A stretch of 63,773 nucleotides of DNA, filler included, from Sphacelaria rigidula (GCA_964200075.2; 9 parts of 9 records of this genome joined end to end with filler, not necessarily neighbours in it), one strand, 5' to 3'; shown: positions 10,848 to 23,983, counted from the first letter of the whole stretch. Numbers and translations: made by a program. The notes: generated from the letters alone by a model not told the origin.

Positions 10848-13289
10848 CTACACGCGAATGGCCCACACCAACTCCTCCCCGAGCATAACCTGAATTCCAT
10901 CGCCTACTACTTGGAGTTCATAGTTGTCGGACTTCTTCCTCCTCGAGAAGGCCTTCATCGGGTTGGTTAGCCACTTCTTGTGCTGGGCCTCATGCTTACG
11001 GCCCGATTCAGAGATGACCCTCATTCCGTCGACAAACGCCTCCTGGACAGTCACGGCAAATCCGGTCACCAAAGCACGGTTGCATATCAGATGCTGCACT
11101 GACTCACACACGACGGGGTTCATGACTGATTCGGGATGGCGTGCGGTACCGTATCGTGTACGGTTTGATCGGGAAGCACCACAGCCATGAAGCAAAACGC
11201 CGGTCGGAGGGCTCGCGATGAGGCACCCTGCAAGGCATGTCATCACTACCAGTCACCCTTGAACAGAGTACGCCTCCCCCGCCAGTTTTTTCAACTTCCG
11301 TTTTGATGATGAACTGCTGATCATGTTCAGAAGCACTCGAATTGAGCCTCATCATCGTGGCTCACGAACAGCTATAACGTCCGATAAATCGCGATCGTAT
11401 GGAGACAGCGCACTGAATAATGCTACTCAAAATAACGCCTCAAAAATCCACGGTGAAATCGTTGGGAGATACATAGATAGACAAAAAAACAGGCATATTT
11501 TGGTACTGTCCGTGCTGTGGGCTCAAGTGTAGAGAAGCAGCCGTATTCAAATATACAACAACAGCACACACGCTGAGTATTGCTCCACTGTACGGCGTGA
11601 TATCTTACCACGTAGCCCCTGTCAGTGACCTTCAGACTGATTTCGAAGTCCCGCGCCAACTGACGCACGTCTGGCTCGTCCTCTTCTTGCATGTCTTCCT
11701 CTGCCGTGGCAACTGCCATCTTGCCCTTCTTCTTGCGGTACCGCTTGCGCTGCTTCCTGCGATCGCGCTCCATCTTCTCCATTTTCTGGACTCGACTCTT
11801 CATGACCTGAACCAGTAAGCACGGAGAACCGAACAGCATGAATAATGCTGATTCTGACGGACACCAGCGAGGAGATTTGATTTTCATCGCTCCGTCGGCA
11901 TAGTGAGAGACACAGGGATAGGCCACGTGAGCCAAGCTACATATCGGGAGTGACGCTCGAGGCTCAACATGTCTTGGTATTGGATTGCGCGCACGGAGAC
12001 ACACGCGGTACACGCCGGCACTCAACACTGGCACGCGCAAGCACAAGCACAAACATGAACAGTGCGGTGCTCCGAACATCCTAACAGCGAAACGAGGTCA
12101 ACAGTCGCCAAACACTTCACCAAGTATATATATATACACACATATATATATATATATATATAAAACACACACACCGATGCCGCACCTTGGCAAACTTCTT
12201 CGTGTCAGTCTTCAGAATGCTCACGACCTGCACGCCGATATCAACCTTGCCCAGTTCGCTGGCCAAGTCTGTCGCGATACTCGAGCCTTGGACGTCCAGG
12301 TCCCACGTGCATCCGGGGCAGTGCTGGAGGATGGCTGCCTCCTTGATGCCGACGTTGGTGGCGTAGTCGTCAGCTTCAGGCCTCTTGAAGATTACGGAGC
12401 CATCCAGGGCCAGACTCAGTGTGCTGGCTTCGAGTCCCTGCAGCACGGCCGGTGACACCAGCTCCTCGCCGACCTTGATGCTCCGCTGACTTTCCTCGAC
12501 CAGGCCGTTGAACCAGGGATACTCAAGGCGAGGGTCCGTAAAGGCCTTGCGGTTGACGTCAAACTTGTGGTTGAAGAGAGTGCCACGGGGCCTGGCTGGG
12601 CGTCCAGCCTCACTGCTCCTGGCCCATCGGCTATCGGGCTTAATGTTGCGCGGGGGGACCGTGGCACGGAACTCCGGAAATTTCCTGCTGTCTTTGGGAC
12701 CGTGGGTCTTGGTCTCGATGCCTGTGCGGGGCGACGCATCTGGCGAAGTAGCAGAGGTGGAGGGACCTTCGGCTGGGGCGGGGGAAAGCTCATCGCCCGA
12801 GTCGATTCCCGAGATGTTGGTCTTCAACTTATAGTTGAACAGCGTTCCACTAGGCCTGGCTTGGCGTGCAGCCTGCCTGCCCCGGGCCCACCGGCTTGCC
12901 GACTCCACGAGTGTGTCACTAGGCCTGGCTTGGCGTGCAGCCTGCCTGCCCCTGGCCCATCGGCTCTCGGACTGCAGTTTACCCGGGGGTACCGTAGCAC
13001 CAAACTTGGGAACCTTCTTGCGGTCGGTGCGGGATGACGCATCTGGCAACGTGCCAGGGGTGGAAGAACCTTCCGCGGGGGCGGGAGAAGGCTCATCGCC
13101 CGAGTCGATTCCCGACTCGACCTCGCCCAGGGGCGACACGTTCCCATCTTCCTCGGAAGGATCGACGGACACGGGGGACGGGTCGGAGTCAGAGTCAACC
13201 TCTGGCGTACGTGTGTCCGCAGGCGGTTGTGGTCCGGTGTGAGACGAGACCACGTCGTCTCCGCTGGCGGGAACTCGTATCGCCGACAT
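10848..13289 (-). CDS. Hypothetical protein ~498 aa, 3 coding exons (13289-12186, 11806-11609, 11042-10848); acidic/Pro-rich repeated N-terminus and basic NLS-like stretch
   Basis: Phase-0 junctions KKFAK|gtgcgg..ttcag|VMKSRV...DRGYV|gtaaga..tccag|EAFVDG...WAIRV*. GC-rich coding-like composition. Start is uncertain: the frame is open up to ATG 13592, but there is an acceptor at 13318. Confidence 0.75.
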
Positions 13290-14195
13290 GATGCTGGTCG
13301 CCGTATAGGTCACGGGACTGTGCGACCGAAAATGAGAGCCAGGATGCAGCTTGATCAGGCCGTACTGATCGTCCTGCAATTTAGGTACGTGTGCCACACG
13401 ACGGGTGGTGTTGCAACGCAGTACAGTACAACAATACGGAAGGTTGTTGTGTGTTTCGATCGGATCTGAATAAATGATCTTTTGTGGCGAAGAAAAATCC
13501 TGAGTGCCAGCTGGTGCACTGTCAGCCATACACGCGACATCTTCGGCCGCCTGGCATGGGGCACACAAAATCAAAGCCTTGGGGCCCGACATGAGACAAT
13601 GAAACCTGCTACAAGTCGCGGCGGCATTACTTCGGACTGAAGAAGCGTGTGTATCTCTTGTGGTATGACGCGGTCTACTATTTTGTTCGTGTTCTAGATA
13701 ACGTAGCAGTCAACCTGTGATTCACGCACAAATTCTAGTGATGTTCCATAGCCACCCATCAAACGACGGTACCCTTGACGCAGTGAAGATGAACCAGCCA
13801 CATTGCGACATCAGGCATAATTGAGCTTGCTTACGTCGACGAAATTAACCCTCGTACGACATGAAAACACCACGGACTCTCCATGCACACTTCATCGCCA
13901 CCGAGATGAGAACTTGGTGGAGATTCAACACATATATAGACGCACCTTATAAAAAAAATACTCCGTGATCCTTTGGAAAATAACACAGAACAACTTTATG
14001 TTCCTCGCTCGTGACCTATAATCGCAGGCAGCACACGGCTGCTTCTAGACATGAATATTCACAGCTACTGCAGAGTTGCCGTGCAAACTGACAGTNNNNN
14101 NNNNNNNNNNNNNNNNNNNNNNNNNNNNNNNNNNNNNNNTTAATTAATTAANNNNNNNNNNNNNNNNNNNNNNNNNNNNNNNNNNNNNNNNNNNN

Positions 14196-14819
14196 CGATC
14201 GATGCATTTAGCGGATGGCGATGAATTTTGGTGTGGAGAACCATAAAAGAGTGCCAAACTAAAACAAAAATAGGCCTTCATTCCTTTTTTTTTCATGAAG
14301 GTTAGGGCGTTCTCGTGAAGAAATGGTCTTTACCACAGTAGAACGCCCTAAACCAGTGAAAAAATGAAAAAAATCATCCTGACCCACTTTGTTTTGATAA
14401 CTATGCTTTAGAGAGCGCCCACATAAAATTTCGATACACGAAAATCAAACCCGGGCCAGTGAGTGGGCTGCGAAATACTATTCCGAATTTACACCGACCC
14501 GGTTTCTGAAAGGGCCATGCTCGTTCATACATTTAGAGTTGGACCCTGAAATTTGGTATGGACAATGAGTAGGGCATGAAATAAAAATTACATCGGCACC
14601 AGAATTTTTTTTCATGAGTTTTGGTCAATAATCAGTTTTCAGGTATCAGTAAAATGCCTTCAACTCATGGAAAAAAGGAAAAAAAAAACTTCTGGTGCCG
14701 ATATAATTTTTTTTCATGCCCTAGTCATTGTCCATACCAAATTTCAGGGTCCAACTCTGAATACTGGCGGGAGCATGGGCCTGCAAACTTCAAATCCGCC
14801 TCTAGTCTGGCCCAGCTCG
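14196..14819 (-). mobile_element. Partial copy of the ~1.2-kb Tc1/mariner-type non-autonomous element (inverted relative to 17214-18402)
   Basis: Reverse-complement similarity to ~17214-17800. Ends TGGCCCAGCTCG-TA and carries the same internal hairpin. Confidence 0.8.
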
Positions 14820-15395
14820 TATTACAAATGAGAACGCCCCCCCCCGCCACCTATGACTACGGTATACAAGATCATGAGTACACCCCTCTCTCCTACCCCT
14901 CGTAGCATCATCCCAGAGGTTTCCCGGGATATTATTTCGAACCGTCTGCTCTTGCTGCAACTTTTCCTTGTGGCCGGTCTGTCCACTTTTGTCCACGTCT
15001 CCGCGGTAGGCCCAAGTGAGGTAGTGGGTGGAGAAAATCCGACAAATCCTTTCAACTATCCTCCTCTGTAAGAGGATTCATGTGAGGGCAATGACGAGGA
15101 GTATGCTTCCATCGCAATAGCTGCCATTCGCAATCCTTCTCAGGTCGCGTGGGGGCGTACTCATTTGTATAGAGCGACTGTCAACCAAGTCAGCCGTTTC
15201 ACTAATATGTGATACTAGTATCTGCCCCCACCGTTGTATTCCGAATATACAGTCAGGCCACACCTGCCATGTATGGCCACGCTCAATAAATGTCCACATG
15301 ATGACATCGCACCGCTCCCCGTCGACTCCGACCCTCTCCCTTCCCCTTCCCCTTCCCCTCCCAATAAACCCCTCCGCTGACGACACACACCCTAG

Positions 15396-15562
15396 TCCCC
15401 CTGCATTGGTACGACGAGTATGACCACATCGGGTACGATCGGAGTGGGGGCAAGGTGATGAAACGCAAGGACGGTAGCGGGAACGGGGTGGATGCAGCAC
15501 TAGCCGCGAGGGACGACCCCAACTACGCCAGGACCGTGTACGACGCTTACAACGATCGGGAG
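15396..15562 (+). CDS. BOP1: Internal exon of ribosome biogenesis protein BOP1/Erb1 (BOP1NT domain)
   Basis: ctag|(V)PLHWYDEYDHIGYDRSGGKVMKRKDGSGNGVDAALAARDDPNYARTVYDAYNDRE|gtgatg matches the BOP1 signature VPLxWYDExxHIGYD...DDPxxWRTVYD. Not in the ORF track. Confidence 0.9.
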
Positions 15563-15938
15563 GTGATGGAGTGATCGATCCATTCATGTCTTCATCCATT
15601 CACGCGTTTATTCAGTGTCTCGTGTTGACTCGTGCGCAACGTGGATGAACGGACATAGGTGTAACGGGGAAGTAAGTCCGGTGCGAATCCAAATCCAACC
15701 GTGGTCAACATGATCGACGTATCGCGTCCGGGGCAAACCGTCCGAGGCAAATAAACGGTACACGCTCGCTACGAAAGAAACTCCATTAGAAAATTTCAAG
15801 AGTAGAGAACGAGTGTAATTCATATTGAGGAAGAAAAAAATTCCGCTTCCCGTGTGACCGCGCTTCTACGTCTGGTCGCCAATTATTACGTCATTTGTCT
15901 TGGTATTTTCTTGGATGAAGCTCGTATTATTGTGTACC

Positions 15939-15978
15939 CGTATCGTATCGTATCGTATCGTATCGTATCGTATCGTAT
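15939..15978. repeat. (CGTAT)n microsatellite
   Basis: Direct pentanucleotide repeat. Confidence 0.95.
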
Positions 15979-16443
15979 TCATGGTTGAAATTTTTCATGG
16001 TCTCGTGTGCTGGTTGATTTCCCCGGGGAAAATGAAATGTCGATATATGAGTGTGTACCACCAGGCGGTTTGTTTCATTATTGGTATAGTTGTTCACCTG
16101 TCTTGAAGTCTCTCTTTTTTTCAGGACCCTTTTCATGGTCCAAAAAACAAATATCTGGAAAAAAGTTGGGAGAGCTCAGCTCGATATTTTTTCCCAAACT
16201 ATGTTTTTCATGAACCCTTGTCTGGGAGAAACGTTATCCGAGATCAGGAGCTTCTCCCAGAGAGGTGTTTCCTCTGCCCGTTTATCGAGAAGAGTGTGTT
16301 GTTTTTAGAGAGAACAAAAAGTTCGCCGGAAAAAAAAGGGGTTGACTAAATGCCTCCGATCAAGCACGGTACAGAGCAGACAGCACACGCAGTATACGGT
16401 GTAGCAACAGTATAATGCAGTCATTTCCGCTGTGCAATAGCAC

Positions 16444-17032
16444 GAGATTTGTTCACCGGCGTTGGGCTACAAATGTCCACGGTTGACACAATTTTACACA
16501 CATCGGACAGATCATAATCCGTCTGAAAATGACTTCCTCTCGGTATACTGATCCGAATCATGACCCGGATCATTTTGCCCCCCCCTTTTTCATGTTTGCT
16601 CCCCTCAGCGCCGGAGGCCGAGCACGCCGAGTAGCGCGAAGGTTGCGCTTTGGCTTCTCTGACTCCGCGGTCACATATTTTGTGTCTTTGGACTAACAGA
16701 TCCAAGAGTCTTTCCTGCCTAGTTATTCTAGACGGATCATGATCCGTCCGACGTGTGCAATTTCACAAGTATCGCTATCCCTACCCCTAACCTCAACCCA
16801 ACGCATACCAAGAACCCACGGGCAAGGGCGGTACATATATTCCTCAGGCAGAGTGCGGTCTTGGTGGACCCCAAAACCGGTGCCTGTGGCGCCGATTTCA
16901 ACGAAAACGCGTTCTGCGCACGCGAGAAGCACACGGGACTGTCAGCCCCACTAAACATCCGATTCTTGTTGTGCACACTCAAATCAAGTGATGTCAACAA
17001 TGGATATTTGTAGCTCAACGCCGGTAAACTCT
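16444..17032. mobile_element. ~320-bp MITE (TIR GAGTTTACCGGCGTTGGGCTAC, internal CCCTAA-like motifs) interrupted by another MITE
   Basis: Inverted termini; body matches 26210-26520, 26824-27150, 28158-28289 and part of ~25870-26080. Confidence 0.8.
16497..16757. mobile_element. hAT-like MITE with 8-bp TSD, nested in the previous MITE
   Basis: TIR CACACATCGGACAGATCATAATCCGTCT / AGACGGATCATGATCCGTCCGACGTGTG; flanks CAATTTTA and CAATTTCA. Confidence 0.75.
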
Positions 17033-17141
17033 ACGAGTACTGAACAGCACAGACAGTACACGCATGCTTACACCAGTGGTAGCAGCTTACTGCACGGTAC
17101 ACGCAACACAGCGCCAGAGACAAAGCTTTGTACAGTACATA

Positions 17142-19361
17142 CAGTGGGGGGCCCGATGTGGTGCGGTTATGTGCCACGACGTAAAACCCGCACTGTAGCG
17201 GGCACGCGCACTAAGCTGGGCCAGCCTAGAGGCTGCATGAAAGTTTGCAGGCGAATGCGCCGGGCAATATTTGGAGTTAGACCCTGAAATTTGGTATGGA
17301 TAATGCACAGGGCATAATAAAAACCCGGGAAGAAGCACATGAAGGTGTTTGTTTGTTTTTCGTGGGTCAAGGGTGTTTTGCTGAAACTTGAAAACTGATC
17401 ATTGCCCTTAACTCACGAAAAAAAAAACTTCATGTGCTTCTTCCCGATTTTTTATTATGCTCCATGTATTGTCCATACCAAATTTCAGGGTCCAACTCCA
17501 AATATCGCCCGGCGCATTCGCCTTTTAAGAATCGGATCGGTAGGAATTCGGAACAGTATTTCGCAGGCCACTCACCGGCCCACGTTTGGTTGTTGTGTAT
17601 TGAAATTTTGTGGGGGCGCTTTCTAAGGCATAATTAACAAAACTCAGTGGTCTAGATTTTGTTTAAGTCATTTTCCCACTGGTTGAGGGCGTTTTGTTAT
17701 AGCAAAGACCATTTCTTCACGATAACGCCCTAACCTCTATGAGAAAGAAAAAAAAAAATGAAGGACCATTTTTCTTTTCTATCCGGCACTTTGTTTTTGT
17801 CCTCCATGCTAACTTTTAGATCAAAATTCTAAAACTTGAGCTTAAACACTGAGATAAGGCCTAACAGCGATGTACATTTCTCCTCAAAACTCCACAAAAA
17901 ACACGAAAAAAATGAAGAAAAAATGAAATAAAACTTCAAGAGGTAACAAGCTGTTTTTATTTATTTCTATTATGCACTAGCGGTTCACCACACGAAATTT
18001 TATGGAACAACACTTGAAAACTGAGACGCGATATCCAGATTCAGGGCATCTAGTGCCTCTGCTCGTAATATATTGATTTTAGTATATAAACTTATGTGCG
18101 CCATATCTCGGGATAGATAACGAATTAGGTGAATGCCCACACCGAAATTCGTTGTCATCCGCTAAATGCATCGATCTGGGGTTCCATAGAGATTTCAGTA
18201 TAGGCGCTATCTTCCTTAGGTATAGGAATTACTAGACATGGGGTTTAATCCACGAAAAAATATGGGCCCAAAATTTTAAGCAGATGGGCACCTTCCCCTT
18301 GATTAGACGGTTAATACAATATGCCGATAACGGCCCAACTCGTCTGTGTCGATGAGATCTTGCTTTTCGAGCTTAAATCCGTTTGAAGGCTGGCCCAGCT
18401 CGTACATAAAATTGGGCGTGAATATTGTGTTTTCCCGCACTATTCGGGGTTCTCAGAACCCCCAATAGTGCGGGAATGCGCACCATTGACGATATCACTT
18501 GTTGAGAGCATAAGAAACAGCCAATAGCAAGGTGTATGTACGCAAACAAGGTGTTGAATCCTGCGTCTGTTCGTGGTGAGAAGAGGACAGCATGTCGCAA
18601 CGGCGAATCCGCATCCTGAACGTGAGTAATATGATACGAGTAGTTGAGTACTGTACTGTACTGTACAGTACTTCGTTCATGACATGTTCGCACGCTGGGC
18701 GTACCAACTGGCTGCGTGTGCCAAGTCCCATGGTTGTTTCAGTCTGCTTTCGCATCCACTTGTTTACTACGAAACGATCACAGGGATTCACGATATAATT
18801 CAAGCTACACACGAAACCTAAACCTGCCCAACGGAACGCCGTCTTCAACACGACCCAGACACCTTCGGGAAAAAAAACCCGGCAAGCAAGAAGGATCCAT
18901 CCCGAAACGAAAGTCCCTACTTCTCGCACACTCTACCCCTGTTGCCTGAATGCACGAAAAAAAATGCCCCAACTCTCAACTAATCGACTCATTTACCACA
19001 CGCGGAAGTCAGGGACCCGCTAGACCCGGCCAAAAACAAAAACCGACAGCAGTAACTTATGTGCGTGCGGCAAAACGCAAATCGCTTTACGCGTCAAAAT
19101 TCTGTACCTGTACTCTATACTTCACGTGGTTGTGTGTGATTTGTACGTGTGTGCGTGTTGGTTTGACCGCATAGAAGGCGGGGGTGACGTCAGACCTGCA
19201 CTATATAGGGTCGTGGGGTGGACCAAACCCGCACTGTTAAGGGGTGCCCCAATAGTGCGGCACGTGCACTACAGAGGGGTCTAAGTTGTGCCAAGCGATT
19301 TCACCCGCGTTATATCGGGCACGCGCACTATATAACCCGCACTATATCGGGCCCCCCACTG
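17142..19361. mobile_element. Tc1/pogo-type non-autonomous DNA transposon with TA TSD, carrying a nested element
   Basis: TA-CAGTGGGGGGCCCGAT ... ATCGGGCCCCCCACTG-TA, with subterminal CCCGCACTA repeats at both ends. Confidence 0.85.
17214..18402. mobile_element. ~1.2-kb Tc1/mariner-type non-autonomous element with internal hairpin
   Basis: TA-AGCTGGGCCAGCCT ... AGGCTGGCCCAGCTCG-TA; internal inverted repeat at ~17248-17523. Confidence 0.85.
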
Positions 19362-20684
19362 TACAAGCACGTACGCTAAAGCAGTACACAGCCCTAGACA
19401 GCAGTGACATTGAATTATAACAGGTAACATGCCGGCGGGCGCTCCTGTCGTGCTGTGATATCCAAGGGTCTACACGTTACATTCGTTACGTGTCACGTTG
19501 TGTCACGTTTCATGTCGTAAAGTTCAGCCAGGCTAGTACTACGGTGGGGGACAGGGACCACGTGGGGAGCCCTATTCAAAAATCAAGTGCAATCACGGCC
19601 AGCCTCGCTTAACTTTTGACAACTTTTGACGTGAAACGTGAACGCATCGAGTATCACGTGTAGACCCTTGGCGATATCCGGCAAAAAAAAATTAGAGTCA
19701 TTGCAAGTAGTTTCGGAAACTGTGTTTGTCGAGAGGAGTTGTGGGGAAGGGTTCGTTTGCCCGAACTTTATCCGCAGTATTTTTCGGATTATAAGAAGCG
19801 ACCTGATTATTAGCACGGTTGTTTTTCGGCATTTCACTGGGATGCCAACATGCCAACAGTCCCACGCTCTCTGCGATCATGAATCCAAGACAATCGGTCT
19901 CGAAGGTGTGGACAATGATGTTGATGAAACCTGGTAGCAATTACAAGAAATCTAGAGAAAGTCTCCATTTCGAAGTGTGGCTGTTTTTTTTATTTTTCCG
20001 TTCGTGGCATTGAAGAGCGGCTGGTGAATTGAGGGGGGGGGGGGGGGGGGGGGCTGTAGCGGCGACAACAGAGCACGGCTCGCTTTTTTTTTATTGTAAA
20101 TCCGTCTCTTCATTTTCCATAACTATTTGCTCTTCCGTTTCGTGTGTTCACGCAAGGGGTTGCATGTAAACGTAACACTGTACCACAGGCGCAAAATATG
20201 AAAATGAGCCCAAAACCAACGGGGGAGTGCTTGCTCCTACATCTTACTTCGTAGTAGTTAGGGATCCCGACGTGATCAGACTGCTGAAAATGAAGTTCCT
20301 CCACGTGATGATGGGAAACTGTGCTCCTGAACTCGGGGAAAGGACGAACACTATTTTGCAAAGTACGGGTCCGAGTTGACCAAGAATCAGGAAGATCGAA
20401 CGGATGTGGTGATAGCAAAACGACCGTGAAGCTGCCAGGTTCCAGTATGAGGACATGTTGCCTGGGGACCGCGTCGCATCCCGTACAGGGAGGGTGTTGG
20501 AAAAGAGATGGGTTCGCCTGACGAGTCATCCATGTACCTTGGATCATTCCTGCGGCTAATGCACCTGCGTGTTGGGACGTTTGCTTTCATACTGCGTTTT
20601 TTATGATCGCTTTCGGCCGTTGTGTGAACTATGTTCATACAAGCTATGGCCGAAAAAGGAGATGGAGTGAAGTATGTGTGTGTT

Positions 20685-20928
20685 GGGGGAGTGGAAGCGT
20701 ACTCATTTGTTGCTTGCCTTAGTCGTTTGACCATTGACCACGCATCCCTTGCGAGACGGAGCATCGTTCTTACTCCTGATAGAGGCGCCCCCAACATTTT
20801 CGCGCTCATTACGTTTCTTCCACACATTACACAAGAACGTTTTGACATATCTTATCCCCTTCCTGTTTCGCGGTCGGTGGCCACCGTCTATCTCCCGGTA
20901 TAGCGATCTTTTTCTCGCCACCATCTAA
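20685..20928 (-). mobile_element. 3' end of a LINE (ORF2 C-terminus running to the element end)
   Basis: Encodes ...KTFLCNVWKKRNERENVGGASIRSKNDAPSRKGCVVNGQTTKASNK*, then GTAC and a C-rich run. Homologous to 43000-43286, 52140-52310, 42584-42650 and 49515-49580. Confidence 0.75.
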
Positions 20929-21292
20929 TCTAATGCATAATACAATTTCATGCCACCTTCCTTCACTCCGCGTTTATCTCTCCCCTCTAGCACGTCTCGT
21001 TCCTCCTTGTACAGTTCACCTTCTGCCACTGTATGAGTTCTACTCGCTATTGCTTCACCACAGGGTTAATCCTGTTTATCTACTCCCTCCTCCACCCGTT
21101 TTTTTTTTTTTTTTTTTACTTTTTACCCCTTCCCTTTCTCTGGTTTGTTTCCTTGTTTTAATGGTTTTAACCCTCTCTCCCCCGTTAAGGTANNNNNNNN
21201 NNNNNNNNNNNNNNNNNNNNNNNNNNNNNNNNNNNNTTAATTAATTAANNNNNNNNNNNNNNNNNNNNNNNNNNNNNNNNNNNNNNNNNNNN

Positions 21293-22871
21293 TACGCACG
21301 AAAGACCCAGGGAGCCTTGTGACTGTGTCCCCAATATCTGTTGTAAAAAAAGCTCAGATCGCCCTCAAACTCGGCAGTCCCGTAGGTATTGATGCTCAAA
21401 ATGGAAAATTTGTATTCTTGACAATATATCATGGTTTCTCCTTTCTCTACCGGCTTCCGGGGGTCCCAACATGAAGACCCCCGGAAGCCGGTACGGAATA
21501 ACCCAAAATAAAAAAATAAAATGATGCGTCCTGAGAGAGTCCAAGGAACACATGTACAGAGTTTGGTGGAGAAAATCGAAAACCTCATACAGTTTTTCTT
21601 GCCTTGACGTCTAATTCAACCCAAAAGACGTTTCGATACTAAAGCCAAGTAGTTAGGAGTTGCACGTTTCAAGCCCACGTCCTCCACAAACGCGCAAAAT
21701 TTCACACTGTCATTAGGAGTTAGATCCTGAAACTTTGCATGAATGTGCTGCGTATCATTACGAAACTTTCTACGGACGATTTTTTGTGTACTTTTTGAGT
21801 TTTTCACTGTTTTTCGGGGGTCCGACGGGATCGAAGTCGTTTTTCGAAGTAGTCTCCATTCTGGGACCCCAAAAAACGGCACTACGATATTTTTTTCACT
21901 TTTTTGCGAATCAACTGCCTCCGCATAACCCAAGAATGGGCTCCACAAATTTTCGTTGCAAAACTCGATCAACTGATGCTTGAATTTCCATGTTCACGTC
22001 AAGGAAGGCCCAAAAACGCCGTTGTATTACTAAAATCAAGTAGTTTGCGGTTTCACCGCGGTAGGGCAAACTTCATCGCACGAAGGCCAAAAACCTCACG
22101 CCGTTTTAAGGAGTTAGACCCTGAAATTGTGCACAACTGTGCTTTGGGACATTACGCAACTCTGGATGGACGAGGTGTTTCTATTTTTTATTTGTTGTCG
22201 TTTTACGGGGGTCCGATTGGGTCGAGGTTTCCCCAAAAAACTGGGACCCCCGAAAAACGGTGAAAAAGTCAAAAAGTAGAAAAACCACGACCTTCGGAAG
22301 TTGCGTAATTATCTATAGAACATTCGTGCAAAATTTCAGGGTCTAACTCCTTAAAACGGCGTGAAGTTTTGCCGATGAGTGTTTTTTGGGTGATGAACGT
22401 GAACCAGCCTGTACCGGTTCTCCGTACGAAATTTCATAGCACAACTCTCGAGAACTGAGCCGCGATATCCAGATCTAGGGATTCTAGGGCCTCTACTCGT
22501 AATATATTGGTTTTAGTATACAATATTATTCGCGCCATATCTCGAGATAGATTACGAATGGGGGTGAAGGTGGGGATATCTATCGTCTCCCCGTTCTCCA
22601 GGGATTGTTCACCAAAAATCGTCGTCATCCGCTGAATGTATCGTTCGGGGTTTCATATAGAGTTTAGTGTGAATTCCATCCCCGTACGGTATAGGTATTA
22701 CTAGACATGGCGCTTAACTAACGAGTAAATGTTGGCCCAAACTTTCGAGCAGATAGGCATCTACTCCTTCATTCGACGATTAATACGATATGCGGATCAC
22801 GGCCCAACTCTTCTGTCTCGATGAGATGTTGCTTTGAAAGCTTAAACCCGTTTTTAGGCTGGCCCTGCTCG
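21293..22871 (+). mobile_element. Longer member of the CGAGCTGGGCCAGCC family, truncated by the contig start
   Basis: The last ~430 bp align with ~18000-18402 and end AGGCTGGCCCTGCTCG-TA. Repeated GGAGTTAGACCCTGAAA motifs occur in both orientations. Confidence 0.75.
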
Positions 22872-22993
22872 TAGAGGCATCTCAAGCTCGAGGTTTCCGA
22901 TATATAGTCACTGTAAGTTACTGTGAAATATACCGGGGATCTCAAGTTTGAGACACCTCTAGTATCATGTCTACCATGGAAATACACAGGACA

Positions 22994-23332
22994 GCCGGTC
23001 GCCTAGGTGACTCAGTTGGTATTTTAGAGACCCTCTGACGGTTGGCACTGAGTTCATAACCTCGGTGAAGTCACCTGATCTAGGATTTTTTCTCACATCA
23101 TGCCCAGCAGTGGAGAGCGACCATGTCGTGAGTACACACACAAAGTTAGACGTCATGGTCGACGAGAAAGAGGGATCGCTGAGCACTTTTCGCGATAAAA
23201 AGGTAGGCGAGTACCACCGAAGAAGAAAGGTGGGGTACCAAAGCGAGTGTAAGATCAAACGTCCTCTGTGTCGACGCTCCTCCTGTGTTACCGGCTGATG
23301 GGCCCTGTGTACACAGCCACATACATACATAT
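22994..23332 (+). mobile_element. tRNA-derived SINE; other copies at 35253-35386, ~45420-45740 and ~44385-44610
   Basis: A-box-like GACTCAGTTGGTA, shared body ATCTGGGATTTTTTCTCA..CAGTGGAGAGCGACTATGTCGT, and a (CATA)n tail. Confidence 0.7.
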
Positions 23333-23576
23333 TTTACGATGAGCTTGGGTGAACTCTACTGGTTCGATTTGCCTATTTCTTGAACGGTGTCGATAGAACT
23401 TCCCTGTCCATTTATAAATAAAGACGCACTGCGCCTCCGTGTTCGTCTGTATACTCGTGTAGGGTATCGTTTTGGCTCATGCTATTTATTATGCACGTTG
23501 GTGCCGACGCGCAGGATATATATATATATATATATATATATACTGCACTCGAACAAGTTTCCCCCAACATTACAAA

Positions 23577-23955
23577 GTTAACAGAGGATCCCCAAAAATG
23601 GAGGTGAAGACAAAAATGATTTTCATATGGACGGCCTCAACCCTCCCGATCTCCCTAAACTATTTCGGGGGATTTCTAGCCTTTCCTTAACCCAAAGGGT
23701 ATGTGCGAAATCACATTTTTGCCTCGATTTCGGGGTGAAAAAAAGGATGCTTTTTTGGCCCAAAAATCGTACTTTCGCACATAGCCTTTGGGTTAACGAA
23801 AGGCTAGAAGTCCCCCGAAATAGTTTAGGGAGATCGGAAGGGATGAGGCCGTCCACATGAAAATCATTTGCCATGACTTTTATGTCAAGGAAAGCACCGC
23901 TTTTGAGTTGAAAATCCTTTTTTGTTCAACCCCATTCTTGAAAATCCGCTGTTAA
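23577..23955. mobile_element. Foldback/palindromic MITE; related copy at ~29205-29620
   Basis: Long imperfect inverted arms around a shared spacer TTTCGGGGTGAAAAAA(A/G)GGA. Confidence 0.75.
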
Positions 23956-23983
23956 CGGGACATTTTAACTCATCTCCCGGAGT

